The position numbers and the translations under genes are program-made. DNA of 39,138 bases from a virus. Every line of letters begins with the position of its first letter. Position 1 is the first letter of the stretch. The stretch lies in UHGV virus genome UHGV-0198113. One strand, given 5' to 3'. Shown here piece by piece: positions 19,571 through 27,325 of the stretch. A model generated the notes under the pieces. The model did not search any database. It was not told the DNA's origin and saw only the letters and a program-made list of their open reading frames with translations.

Positions 19571-20152
19571 GTGTACCGATTAATAGAAATGCGAAAAGAC
19601 GTATGGTTGGAAAACCTCGTCAATGGGGAGCTAGAAGGAATTGAGCTTTCCTTACCCGAAAAGGCGGACACGGTACTGGCCTTTCTGGTAAAACAGAAAA
19701 GTAGTCTGGACCCGATAGGTATCTTTGCTGTAGAACACACCGATCCTCGTGGCCCTACGCTACGTTGTATCTGCTGCGCTATGGATAAGATTCCTGCATC
19801 GCCGTTTGTGCAATACGCACGACGTAAAGCACCAGCGGGTGGACTTTTGTGGGTATCGTTACTGCCTGACGTAAGGATCATTCGGGACGACTACTCGGCG
19901 TTTGTACAAGCCAGTAAAATCAACCTGTATAATCCGAGTGCTGAACGTACGGATATGCCCTTCAGTATTACGTTAGACGACGACGGAACGCAGGAGGGTA
20001 TCGAGTCCATTACGGAATTGGTTAACTCCTATCCAGTTGCCACTATCGAGTTAGAAAACCCGAAGCGTTTACCGCTCGGAGACTTACTCGAGTGGATAGA
20101 ACTGAACACCGAGTTTCTGGTAGGTTCTCGTTTGTATCGGTTCGATGTTTGA
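19571..20152 (+). CDS. hypothetical protein (193 aa), GTG start; possible diverged paralog
   Basis: Track ORF; GAGGTGG RBS 7 nt before GTG; C-terminus 'LEWIELNTEFLVGSRLYRFDV' loosely resembles the module. Confidence 0.6.
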   Translation: MYRLIEMRKDVWLENLVNGELEGIELSLPEKADTVLAFLVKQKSSLDPIGIFAVEHTDPRGPTLRCICCAMDKIPASPFVQYARRKAPAGGLLWVSLLPDVRIIRDDYSAFVQASKINLYNPSAERTDMPFSITLDDDGTQEGIESITELVNSYPVATIELENPKRLPLGDLLEWIELNTEFLVGSRLYRFDV

Positions 20153-20157
20153 ACGCA

Positions 20158-20188
20158 GTGGGAGCATTGCTCCCACTTTCTTTTTTGT
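20158..20188 (+). terminator. rho-independent terminator closing the paralog operon
   Basis: 8-bp stem GTGGGAGC/GCTCCCAC with 3-nt loop, followed by TTTCTTTTTT. Confidence 0.7.
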
Positions 20189-20207
20189 TCAGTACGATTA
20201 GAAATAA

Positions 20208-20232
20208 TTTCAGATATATATTACTTAGGTGA
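20208..20232 (+). promoter_or_regulatory. conserved 25-nt motif TTTCAGATATATATTACTTAGGTGA (copy 2)
   Basis: Identical to copy 1 except for one A/T; lies between a terminator and the secreted-protein cassette, about 48 nt upstream of the ATG at 20281. Confidence 0.4.
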
Positions 20233-20280
20233 GAGTTACGATTAACTCTTTTAACCTGTTAACCTTTAAGGAGTATTTCA

Positions 20281-20736
20281 ATGAAAACTTTTATCGCATT
20301 CTTAGTAACCCTTTTAACTTTCGGTCTCAATAACGCTTACGCCGCAATCGGAAGCTGGGAAGGACTTCAAAGTCCGGGAAATGCTGTTTACGAAATCGAA
20401 GACGAAAATGGGAACAGCTTGTCTATCAACTGCGATACCGCAACGGCTAATCGTAAGTTTTACGGTCGCATGGTTTGGTATTACGGTGAACCGGTCGGTT
20501 CAACTAATGCCGAAGACAACGAAATGAGTATTGTCGTAAACGGCAAAAACTATATCATTCCCACTATTGACGGCAGCGACAAAGCAGAAAAAGCTTGGGT
20601 TGCCTTCGCTAATGCTATCGCTAATGCAAAAAGCTTCGGTGTGGCTATCAACGGTAACGAAGCCGCTAACTTTATTGTAGATGGTGAGCGTCTGCCCGAA
20701 ACTTTCTTTAAGAACTGTGGACATAGCCGTCCTTGA
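20281..20736 (+). CDS. small exported protein with signal peptide (151 aa)
   Basis: Track ORF; AAGGAG RBS; N-terminal hydrophobic signal 'MKTFIAFLVTLLTFGLNNAYAA'; two Cys; paralog of the next gene. Confidence 0.8.
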   Translation: MKTFIAFLVTLLTFGLNNAYAAIGSWEGLQSPGNAVYEIEDENGNSLSINCDTATANRKFYGRMVWYYGEPVGSTNAEDNEMSIVVNGKNYIIPTIDGSDKAEKAWVAFANAIANAKSFGVAINGNEAANFIVDGERLPETFFKNCGHSRP

Positions 20737-20773
20737 TAAATAACTTAATTTTTAAACTAAAAGGAATATAACC

Positions 20774-21244
20774 ATGAAACTGTCTAACATCTTCTTAGCT
20801 ATCGTTTTAACTGTAAGCGCCACTGCTGCACAGGCCATTCCGAACATGTGGGGTAGTGGCTTTGCAATGGGTGAAACCGAGTATGGTATCGATAACGGTG
20901 GATGGGGTATTACCATTAGCTGTACCGGTAATCCAGATGAAAACAACATTTTACCACACAAGATCTTTATCTCTAAAGATGGTAATGTGGTGGCCAACTC
21001 GGAAGATAACGACATTAGTTTCGTTATCGATGGTGAAGAGTTCTGGGGTGTAGTTCCTGACGGCACACGTAATACCGACAATACTTGGGTTAGTTTTGTA
21101 AAAGCAATCTCTACAGCAACTGAGTTTGACTTATACCTCGACCAGAAAAAGGTTGCTACCTTTAACCCATCAGCCAAAAACGTTAAGAAAGTGATGGACG
21201 GTAACTTCCTCGAATCTTGCTGGAACACCGAATACGAACAATAA
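20774..21244 (+). CDS. small exported protein with signal peptide (156 aa), paralog of 20281-20736
   Basis: Track ORF; signal 'MKLSNIFLAIVLTVSATAAQA'; shared segments (I-x-C, SEDN/AEDN, VVNG/VIDG, WV[AS]F, C near the C-terminus). Confidence 0.8.
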   Translation: MKLSNIFLAIVLTVSATAAQAIPNMWGSGFAMGETEYGIDNGGWGITISCTGNPDENNILPHKIFISKDGNVVANSEDNDISFVIDGEEFWGVVPDGTRNTDNTWVSFVKAISTATEFDLYLDQKKVATFNPSAKNVKKVMDGNFLESCWNTEYEQ

Positions 21245-21251
21245 TTACAGG

Positions 21252-21267
21252 AAAAAAAGGGGGGGGG
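21252..21267. repeat. homopolymer tract A7G9 in an intergenic region
   Basis: Direct reading: A run 21252-21258, G run 21259-21267, overlapping a weak hairpin (GGGGAC/GTCCCC) and about 25 nt upstream of the RBS of the next gene. Confidence 0.8.
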
Positions 21268-21304
21268 ACTTCGTGGTCCCCGTTCTATTTAAGGAGTGCG
21301 TGAA

Positions 21305-21691
21305 ATGAATATTAAAACTATACTTTATACTATCATTATTTTCTGCGCTATCGGTATTACCGGTACGTACGCTTTCGGTGAATCGGATATCCGCTACTAC
21401 GACCCAGCACCAGATTCCCCAATTATTAATCCTGATGAAACACCAACACTAATGCGGAGCTTCGGTAAACTAGAGGTGTACCGCCTGATGCGTGACAGTA
21501 CATGCACCGGACTAATCATTGCCGATAACGGCGCACGTGTCTATCAACGTCTAACTGATATTGCTTGCGAACAACCAAAAGTCATGTCGGTTAGTATTCA
21601 CCCGTTATCAGTTGGTAATTATACCGCTGTAGATTTCTTTCATAATGCCGAATTAATCGGTCGTGTTACTTTAAATCGCCCTGCTGAATAA
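21305..21691 (+). CDS. small exported protein with signal peptide (~128 aa)
   Basis: Track ORF 21296-21691 trimmed to the ATG 8 nt after AAGGAG; hydrophobic N-terminus 'MNIKTILYTIIIFCAIGITGTYAFG'; Cys-containing. Confidence 0.7.
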   Translation: MNIKTILYTIIIFCAIGITGTYAFGESDIRYYDPAPDSPIINPDETPTLMRSFGKLEVYRLMRDSTCTGLIIADNGARVYQRLTDIACEQPKVMSVSIHPLSVGNYTAVDFFHNAELIGRVTLNRPAE

Positions 21692-21709
21692 TCTAAAGGA
21701 GTAGTTACG

Positions 21710-22195
21710 ATGAAACGTTTACACACACTGATGTTCTTTCTGGCTTTCATGTTTATCGGTGTTACACCAACTGTTGATGCAGCATCAGTGAAAGATGCGC
21801 TTACATGCGACACCAACGCATGGGACGGACAACCTAACGCGTGTCCAAACATCAACGACGTGTACGATACCGATAAGTCATTTAAAGCGGTTGTTGATAA
21901 AACACTGGACCCGGTAGGATTGAATGGTATGTTCGGTGCTAAAGGTTACATGGATGGCCCCGGCGGTGCGATGTACCCGGTAAACATTAATAACAAAATC
22001 TGGATTGAAAGTGGTGGCTGTAAAGCTAACGCTTGTGGCTGGGAATATATCGTAACGTTATACAACCCACAAACCAACGAACTCGTCGGTTATTACTACA
22101 ACATCGACCCCGGTTACCTGATTTGGTTCGGTGATATCGGTGTTGCTGAATTCGCTTATCTGGTTAAGAAATACGCGGAACAATCTAAATACTAA
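21710..22195 (+). CDS. exported Cys-containing protein (161 aa); possible Ivy-like periplasmic inhibitor
   Basis: Track ORF; AAGGAG RBS; signal 'MKRLHTLMFFLAFMFIGVTPTVDAA'; 'GGCKANACGWEY' is a CKxxxCG loop like the Ivy CKPHDCG motif (from memory). Confidence 0.75.
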   Translation: MKRLHTLMFFLAFMFIGVTPTVDAASVKDALTCDTNAWDGQPNACPNINDVYDTDKSFKAVVDKTLDPVGLNGMFGAKGYMDGPGGAMYPVNINNKIWIESGGCKANACGWEYIVTLYNPQTNELVGYYYNIDPGYLIWFGDIGVAEFAYLVKKYAEQSKY

Positions 22196-22206
22196 GGACG
22201 TTTATC

Positions 22207-22617
22207 ATGAAAAATATCATCAACACGCTTCTCGTTGCGATCGCTGTTCTCTTCACTGCTAACGTGACAGCAAAAACAATAAAATTACCGGATGGTATCA
22301 AATACGTCAACAGTACCGATGATTTCTACTGTACAGAAATCGATGGTTTGTACTGCCAGACGAAGAATCTGTTTAAATACAAAGGTAACAGATACGTATT
22401 CGTTGTTGAGCAAGGCGGTGCCTGGTGCTACGACAGCCCTATGTCGGTACTTAACCTCGAAACGTGGAAAGCCCAACGTCTCGAATACAACGACAAGCGT
22501 CTGTGCTCTGGAAATAACAAACCGTTCTTCCAAGTCGTAGATGGTGTGCCGTGGGTAGGGATATTAGACACCTCTGAAAAATCTATCGTTGTGGCTATGG
22601 ATAAACTTAAAATTTAA
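22207..22617 (+). CDS. small exported protein with signal peptide (136 aa), 4 Cys
   Basis: Track ORF; signal 'MKNIINTLLVAIAVLFTANVTA'; Cys spacing similar to the next gene product. Confidence 0.75.
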   Translation: MKNIINTLLVAIAVLFTANVTAKTIKLPDGIKYVNSTDDFYCTEIDGLYCQTKNLFKYKGNRYVFVVEQGGAWCYDSPMSVLNLETWKAQRLEYNDKRLCSGNNKPFFQVVDGVPWVGILDTSEKSIVVAMDKLKI

Positions 22618-22627
22618 GGAGTAACTC

Positions 22628-23017
22628 ATGCGTTTCATTTGCGCTTTAGCATTCTTCTTCTCTCTGAGCGTAACTGCTTCTACCCAGGTTAACGATTTAC
22701 TGCTGACAGCAAACAACAACGACGATTATCAGTACAATCCACCCAGTTTTGAAGTCTGTGAGAATGGAGAAACAACCTGTCAAGAAGTCGGCGCAGATGG
22801 GCGCTACATTCTGGTGAAAGCCGACGGGGGCGCGATGTGCCCAGCCGGTTACTATTTCCTACTTGATTCTGTCGCAAAAGAGGTTCTTCCTATCACTACG
22901 AAAACGTGCGACCCTACTGTTGTCTTATCGCTTGCTAAAAGCAAATCTCGCGACCGTTACTTAATCGTTATCGAAGAACGCGGTGAGATGGCAGGCGCTA
23001 TCGAATTAGATTACTGA
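22628..23017 (+). CDS. small exported protein with signal peptide (129 aa), 4 Cys
   Basis: Track ORF; AAGGAG RBS; signal 'MRFICALAFFFSLSVTAS'; Cys pattern C-x6-C...C...C. Confidence 0.75.
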   Translation: MRFICALAFFFSLSVTASTQVNDLLLTANNNDDYQYNPPSFEVCENGETTCQEVGADGRYILVKADGGAMCPAGYYFLLDSVAKEVLPITTKTCDPTVVLSLAKSKSRDRYLIVIEERGEMAGAIELDY

Positions 23018-23029
23018 GTGTAGTCTTGG

Positions 23030-23065
23030 CCCCGGTACGTTCCGATTCGTCCGGGGTCCTTTTTA
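23030..23065 (+). terminator. rho-independent terminator (bulged GC-rich stem + T tract)
   Basis: CCCCGG...CCGGGG stem followed by TCCTTTTTA, directly after the stop at 23017. Confidence 0.5.
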
Positions 23066-23094
23066 CGACTTGTTATACCTAAAGGAGAATTATC

Positions 23095-23571
23095 ATGCAA
23101 CTGTCTAACGTCTACCAAGCAGCACAATTTCATCATGACCTGTCCGCCAAACCTGAACAGATTCGCCACAACCTGACAGTGGCTTGGAAACTATTACGTA
23201 TTGCAGAAGCTGCTCGTATAGGCGACCAGTCAACAATCATCGACACAGTACGTACATTACATCCTGTCGACCTGGAAACAATTTGGACGTTCGATTTAAC
23301 CCGAATTTATCACCGCCGATTTAATGCAGCCGTTGACGCAATTCGTCCTTATTTCCATTACTTACGGACAACGCGAGAAAGCGATACTGCACTCGAATGG
23401 GTATTGGTACAAAGTGTATGGAGCGACTACATTTATCTCCTTTCTTTAGAGACGGGTGAATGTATCGTTGCTAACGAAGTCTTTTCAAGTAACGCGGAAA
23501 TGTACCGCTCCTACGCAACGATTAAAGGTGAATCCCAGCCTATTTTATCACTCACGCACTTAGGGCTCTAA
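23095..23571 (+). CDS. hypothetical protein (158 aa)
   Basis: Track ORF; AAGGAGA RBS; single-gene unit flanked by terminators. Confidence 0.7.
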   Translation: MQLSNVYQAAQFHHDLSAKPEQIRHNLTVAWKLLRIAEAARIGDQSTIIDTVRTLHPVDLETIWTFDLTRIYHRRFNAAVDAIRPYFHYLRTTRESDTALEWVLVQSVWSDYIYLLSLETGECIVANEVFSSNAEMYRSYATIKGESQPILSLTHLGL

Positions 23572-23580
23572 TTAGCCCGG

Positions 23581-23608
23581 CCCCGACCACGTTCGGGGTT
23601 TCTTTTTT
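23581..23608 (+). terminator. rho-independent terminator
   Basis: CCCCGA/TCGGGG stem followed by TTTCTTTTTT. Confidence 0.55.
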
Positions 23609-23628
23609 GATTTAAAAGGAAATGCCAG

Positions 23629-24237
23629 ATGAACGAAATCACACTAGTTCGTTTTCTTGAAGCCATGTTGAACGCAGAGCAGCATCCACACACCCCGTTA
23701 TTCATCGATCTGATGGAAGAAGAAGTTGAAGGGTTCTTAGCTTACCCGCGTTTACGGGAATACTTTAAGCGTAAAACACCGGTGGCGTATGACAAACTGG
23801 TTTACGCGCTCGAGAACAGTACGACTTTACTGACAACGCCGTTCAAAGCAATGGAAGCTCTCGACCCAGCGGGTACTGTCAGTATTCCGCAACGTGTTGT
23901 GTTCTATTACGTGGACAACGGTCGTATTAAAGCAGACGTTGTTAACTGGATCTCTGAAGGCGAAGTTCCTGAAACCCGTACCTTTAACTTGTGTCCGGTA
24001 GAAGAAGGTTGGATGGTCGGTAGCCATTATTCTTATCCGTACCAAAGCATTAAATCCCCGTATCTCTATCCGGTTTATCTGGATGGCGTAACGCCAGGGA
24101 AATGTGCGGCAGTAACCAATCTGATTTGCACACTAACAATGGAGATGATGGCTTCTGAAGCAGGTCGGGTTTGGGTAGAAAACTCAAAGAACATTGATGA
24201 CTGGATTTCAATGGGATATCAACCGTATACCAAATAA
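23629..24237 (+). CDS. hypothetical protein (202 aa)
   Basis: Track ORF; AAAGGAAA RBS; no metallophosphatase (Mre11-type) motifs seen. Confidence 0.7.
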   Translation: MNEITLVRFLEAMLNAEQHPHTPLFIDLMEEEVEGFLAYPRLREYFKRKTPVAYDKLVYALENSTTLLTTPFKAMEALDPAGTVSIPQRVVFYYVDNGRIKADVVNWISEGEVPETRTFNLCPVEEGWMVGSHYSYPYQSIKSPYLYPVYLDGVTPGKCAAVTNLICTLTMEMMASEAGRVWVENSKNIDDWISMGYQPYTK

Positions 24238-24241
24238 CACT

Positions 24242-24290
24242 TGGGAGAACCTTCGGGTTCTCCCATTCGTTTTTATTTTTTTTTCTTTTT
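24242..24290 (+). terminator. rho-independent terminator with C(UUCG)G tetraloop
   Basis: Stem GGGAGAACC/GGTTCTCCC with TTCG loop, followed by a long T-rich tract (TTTTTATTTTTTTTTTCTTTTT). Confidence 0.8.
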
Positions 24291-24320
24291 ACACCACACT
24301 CCGTGATTATGGAGGTGGGT

Positions 24321-26825
24321 ATGCTAAAAGTTGAACGTATTGTACTCAAAGGTTTTACGGGGATGGGATTGCACGAAATTGAAACGTTCGATTTCACTAT
24401 CCAGTCACCGACAACGATTATCCTGGGTGGGAACGGTTGTGGGAAGACCAGTTTACTGTCCGTATTTTTGCCCTTAGCTCCGGCTAAAACAGAATTCAGG
24501 GATGGGGGTTCTTACACGAATTATTGTTTAGTCGGCGATCAACGTTACCGTTTCAAAGTTGCCCGTAAAGGCAACTCGTTGGTTTGCGATATTGAGAATC
24601 TCACTACGGGAACGAAGATTGTCGAGCAAGGTAACGCAAAGGTTTACAATTCACGCGTTGAAGAAATCACTGGTATTACGAAAGAAATTAAAGAATTGTT
24701 AAACGGTGAGGTGTTGTTAACGGACGCGGGAACGGAATTACGTCGTAAATGGTTTTACCGTTTAAGTACCTCTGACCTTACTTACGCGCTAGGGTTCTAT
24801 CAGAGATTGCGGAAAAACCTCACCGTCTTAAACGGTGGCATTGAAATTACCAGTCGTAAGATCGCAGAGTTACGAACACGTGTTATTGAAAATGAAGAAG
24901 AACGTCAACAGTTAGCGGTAAGATTAAAAGGCTTGGAATCGGATTTACGCGAACTGAACCGACAAATCGAACAGCTACCGGGTTTAAATCGTGGCGTTAC
25001 TATCGAATCAATCCAGGCGTTATTAAACGGCTTAGGTCCAACTATCGACGCAATATTACAACATCGTGGTGGTTTGCCTACCGACGAACAGATACTGAAC
25101 GCACGACACAATGAAGCCACAGCACGCGAAGCTGTCGTTTCAGCAGAAACGGAAGTATCAATGTTGAATAAAGATCTGTCGTTATTGATGGACGAGTCAA
25201 CGCGACAGGATTACCTGATGCGCAATCACGAGGGTCTCAAGAACACTCTCGCACGTTTACGTGAAGTGCTTACCAAATGGGACACCGAGCATCTCTTTCC
25301 TGGACTGTTTAGTGAGAGTGCGAATTTAGACCAGCTACGTGCTGCAACCGATGCACGCGTTTGGGGCCAACGACTGGGAACAACACTGGACGCCATTCAT
25401 TCAACCGAAAAGCTCAACGTTTTGGAAGAACGTCTACTGGTGATGGATCAGAAGACCGCAGGATTGCGAGATAGACTCCAGCGCGTAGAGAATGTTTTAC
25501 AAAACTTGAACCACGAACGAAATCACTATCTGGAAACAGCAGAAGTAGATTGCCCGCAATGTCGGTTTAAATTTCGACCTGGGGTTACGCGTTCTTTGTC
25601 TGAACTTGAAACCTCGATTAGAGGCCAACAGCAACAACGTACGGAGCTTCAAACACAGTTAGACAGTATATTACGCGATCGTGTCGAACTGGAATCTGAT
25701 GTAACGTATATGCGTCAGGTTCGTGAAATCGTGTTGACGTACTCAAAGGACCCGGTTTTAAGCATGTTCTTTAAGTGTCTACAAGAACGTAATGTCTTTA
25801 CAGAATCACGCGAACAGTTCGGAAGTCTCTGCGCGGCTTTTGACAGTGAGCTGTATTCTGCTATTGAATATCATGAAACCCGTCAACGGTTAGTGAAGGC
25901 AGAAAAAGAATGGCAAGATGCGGTAGCTGCTGTGGGTAACGTCGATGGTGCTTTACAACAGAAAATTGCTTTCCAACAATCGCGTTTAGGTAAAGCCACA
26001 GAAACGCTCTCAGTGCGTCGTAGAGAGCACGAGTTAGCTAATACGACACTTACCTATCTAGAGAGCGTTAAACGTGCTATAGACGATTTTAGCGCGTTAT
26101 TCGAACGGTTAGAGAATGACGTTAAGGTTACTTTGACAAACACAGTTGTCGAAGAACTCTTACGGGCACGAGAAGGGAAACTGGATGCGTTTACGACAGC
26201 ACGTGAGCGTTATCGTCAAATGGAAAGTGAACTGAATCAGCTCAATACGTTGGAACGCGAACTTGCGGATTTACAAGCCCAGCAGTTTAATAACAAATTG
26301 ATGATTCAGGCGTTCTCGCCAGAAAAAGGTGTACTCAGAAAGTATTTTTACAATGCTATCGTCAGAATCACAGAGTTAATGACGCGCTATATCGAACAAG
26401 TCTGGACGTACCCCATGCGAGTTATGCCTTGTGATCTCACCGACGGTGATTTGGATTATACTTTTCCTGTCCAACTAAAAACACATCCTGAACCCGTTCC
26501 TGATGTGCGTAAAGGGTCTAAGGCACAACGTGCTATATTCAATCTGATGTTCAGACTGACTGCGTATAAAGCGTTGAAATTACATCAGTTTCCTTTGCTA
26601 TTGGATGAACCCTCAGAGGGTATGGACGAAGAACACCGTAATAACCTGGTTGGTTTTATTAAAACGTTAGCAAACTCAGGGGAGTTCTCGCAGTTACTGG
26701 TGGTCTCCCACGAAGCTGAAGTCCATTCTAAACTTAACGAAGCATCGTACTGTGTCATTGAACCGGAAGGGGTGACATTACCTGCGGTGTATAACGAGGG
26801 AGTAAAAATTGTTTATGCAAACTGA
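24321..26825 (+). CDS. Rad50/SbcC-like SMC-family ATPase with coiled coil and CxxC zinc hook (~834 aa)
   Basis: Track ORF 24303-26825 trimmed to the ATG 5 nt after GGAGG. Walker A 'GGNGCGKTSLL'; mid-protein 'CPQC' hook within predicted coiled coil; C-terminal Walker B/D-loop 'LLLDEPSEGMDEE' and 'LLVVSHE'. Confidence 0.8.
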   Translation: MLKVERIVLKGFTGMGLHEIETFDFTIQSPTTIILGGNGCGKTSLLSVFLPLAPAKTEFRDGGSYTNYCLVGDQRYRFKVARKGNSLVCDIENLTTGTKIVEQGNAKVYNSRVEEITGITKEIKELLNGEVLLTDAGTELRRKWFYRLSTSDLTYALGFYQRLRKNLTVLNGGIEITSRKIAELRTRVIENEEERQQLAVRLKGLESDLRELNRQIEQLPGLNRGVTIESIQALLNGLGPTIDAILQHRGGLPTDEQILNARHNEATAREAVVSAETEVSMLNKDLSLLMDESTRQDYLMRNHEGLKNTLARLREVLTKWDTEHLFPGLFSESANLDQLRAATDARVWGQRLGTTLDAIHSTEKLNVLEERLLVMDQKTAGLRDRLQRVENVLQNLNHERNHYLETAEVDCPQCRFKFRPGVTRSLSELETSIRGQQQQRTELQTQLDSILRDRVELESDVTYMRQVREIVLTYSKDPVLSMFFKCLQERNVFTESREQFGSLCAAFDSELYSAIEYHETRQRLVKAEKEWQDAVAAVGNVDGALQQKIAFQQSRLGKATETLSVRRREHELANTTLTYLESVKRAIDDFSALFERLENDVKVTLTNTVVEELLRAREGKLDAFTTARERYRQMESELNQLNTLERELADLQAQQFNNKLMIQAFSPEKGVLRKYFYNAIVRITELMTRYIEQVWTYPMRVMPCDLTDGDLDYTFPVQLKTHPEPVPDVRKGSKAQRAIFNLMFRLTAYKALKLHQFPLLLDEPSEGMDEEHRNNLVGFIKTLANSGEFSQLLVVSHEAEVHSKLNEASYCVIEPEGVTLPAVYNEGVKIVYAN

Positions 26826-26994
26826 TTGGTTCCGTCGTTCGATGAGCGCGGCGGGATTTGGCTTTATGGTCATTTTGGCAATACTTTACGTCATGTTTTG
26901 CGTGGTAATGATTTTATGGGTAGTTTCATCGTATTCGATTAAACTATTCTGGGGTTCGATTTGGCGTCAACGCGAATGCGAGTGGCGGAATTAG
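26815..26994 (+). CDS. small hydrophobic membrane peptide (~59 aa)
   Basis: Track ORF 26809-26994 trimmed to first ATG; TM segment 'FGFMVILAILYVMFCVVMILWVV'; overlaps the end of the ATPase gene (possible coupling); weak RBS. Confidence 0.4.
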   Translation: MQTDWFRRSMSAAGFGFMVILAILYVMFCVVMILWVVSSYSIKLFWGSIWRQRECEWRN

Positions 26995-27005
26995 GAGAGG
27001 GAATT

Positions 27006-27116
27006 ATGATTGAAGGGGTTCTGCTAACGCTAGGTGCGTTGTGGTTGATCGGTAAAGGTTTAAACTGGTTAATTAAACGACACGGCTGGGCGTTCGAAGG
27101 TTCGACATTCAAATAA
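27006..27116 (+). CDS. small membrane peptide (36 aa)
   Basis: Not in track (under 60 aa). AGGAGAGGG RBS 6 nt upstream; 'MIEGVLLTLGALWLIGKGLNWLIKRHGWAFEGSTFK'; followed by hairpin GTACCCTC/GAGGGTAC. Confidence 0.4.
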   Translation: MIEGVLLTLGALWLIGKGLNWLIKRHGWAFEGSTFK

Positions 27117-27163
27117 TCCAGAACGTACCCTCTGTAAGGAGGGTACTAACAGGAACAGAAAAG

Positions 27164-27292
27164 ATGACCTCGATAAATACTACGAATGCGGCGATCTCTG
27201 CATTATACGATGCGGAGCTTACATGGGGCGGGATGCTAATTACCGCCGCCATATTAGCCGCCGCAGCATTCGTCATTGCGCGTTGGTTTTAA
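27164..27292 (+). CDS. small membrane peptide (42 aa)
   Basis: Not in track. 'MTSINTTNAAISALYDAELTWGGMLITAAILAAAAFVIARWF' has a C-terminal TM helix; weak RBS; followed by a T-rich tract. Confidence 0.35.
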   Translation: MTSINTTNAAISALYDAELTWGGMLITAAILAAAAFVIARWF

Positions 27293-27325
27293 CTTTTTAC
27301 TTTTTTGCGTCTCTAAGGTTTGCAA

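Noticed and set aside
20752-21228. 158-aa minus-strand ORF antisense to the secreted-protein gene 20774-21244
   Set aside because: The plus-strand gene has an RBS, a signal peptide and a paralog next door; the antisense ORF has no such support.
20281-23017. Lipoprotein interpretation of the exported small proteins (Llp/Cor-like exclusion lipoproteins)
   Set aside because: No lipobox ([LVI][ASTVI][GAS]C) at the end of any signal peptide; they look like soluble periplasmic proteins.
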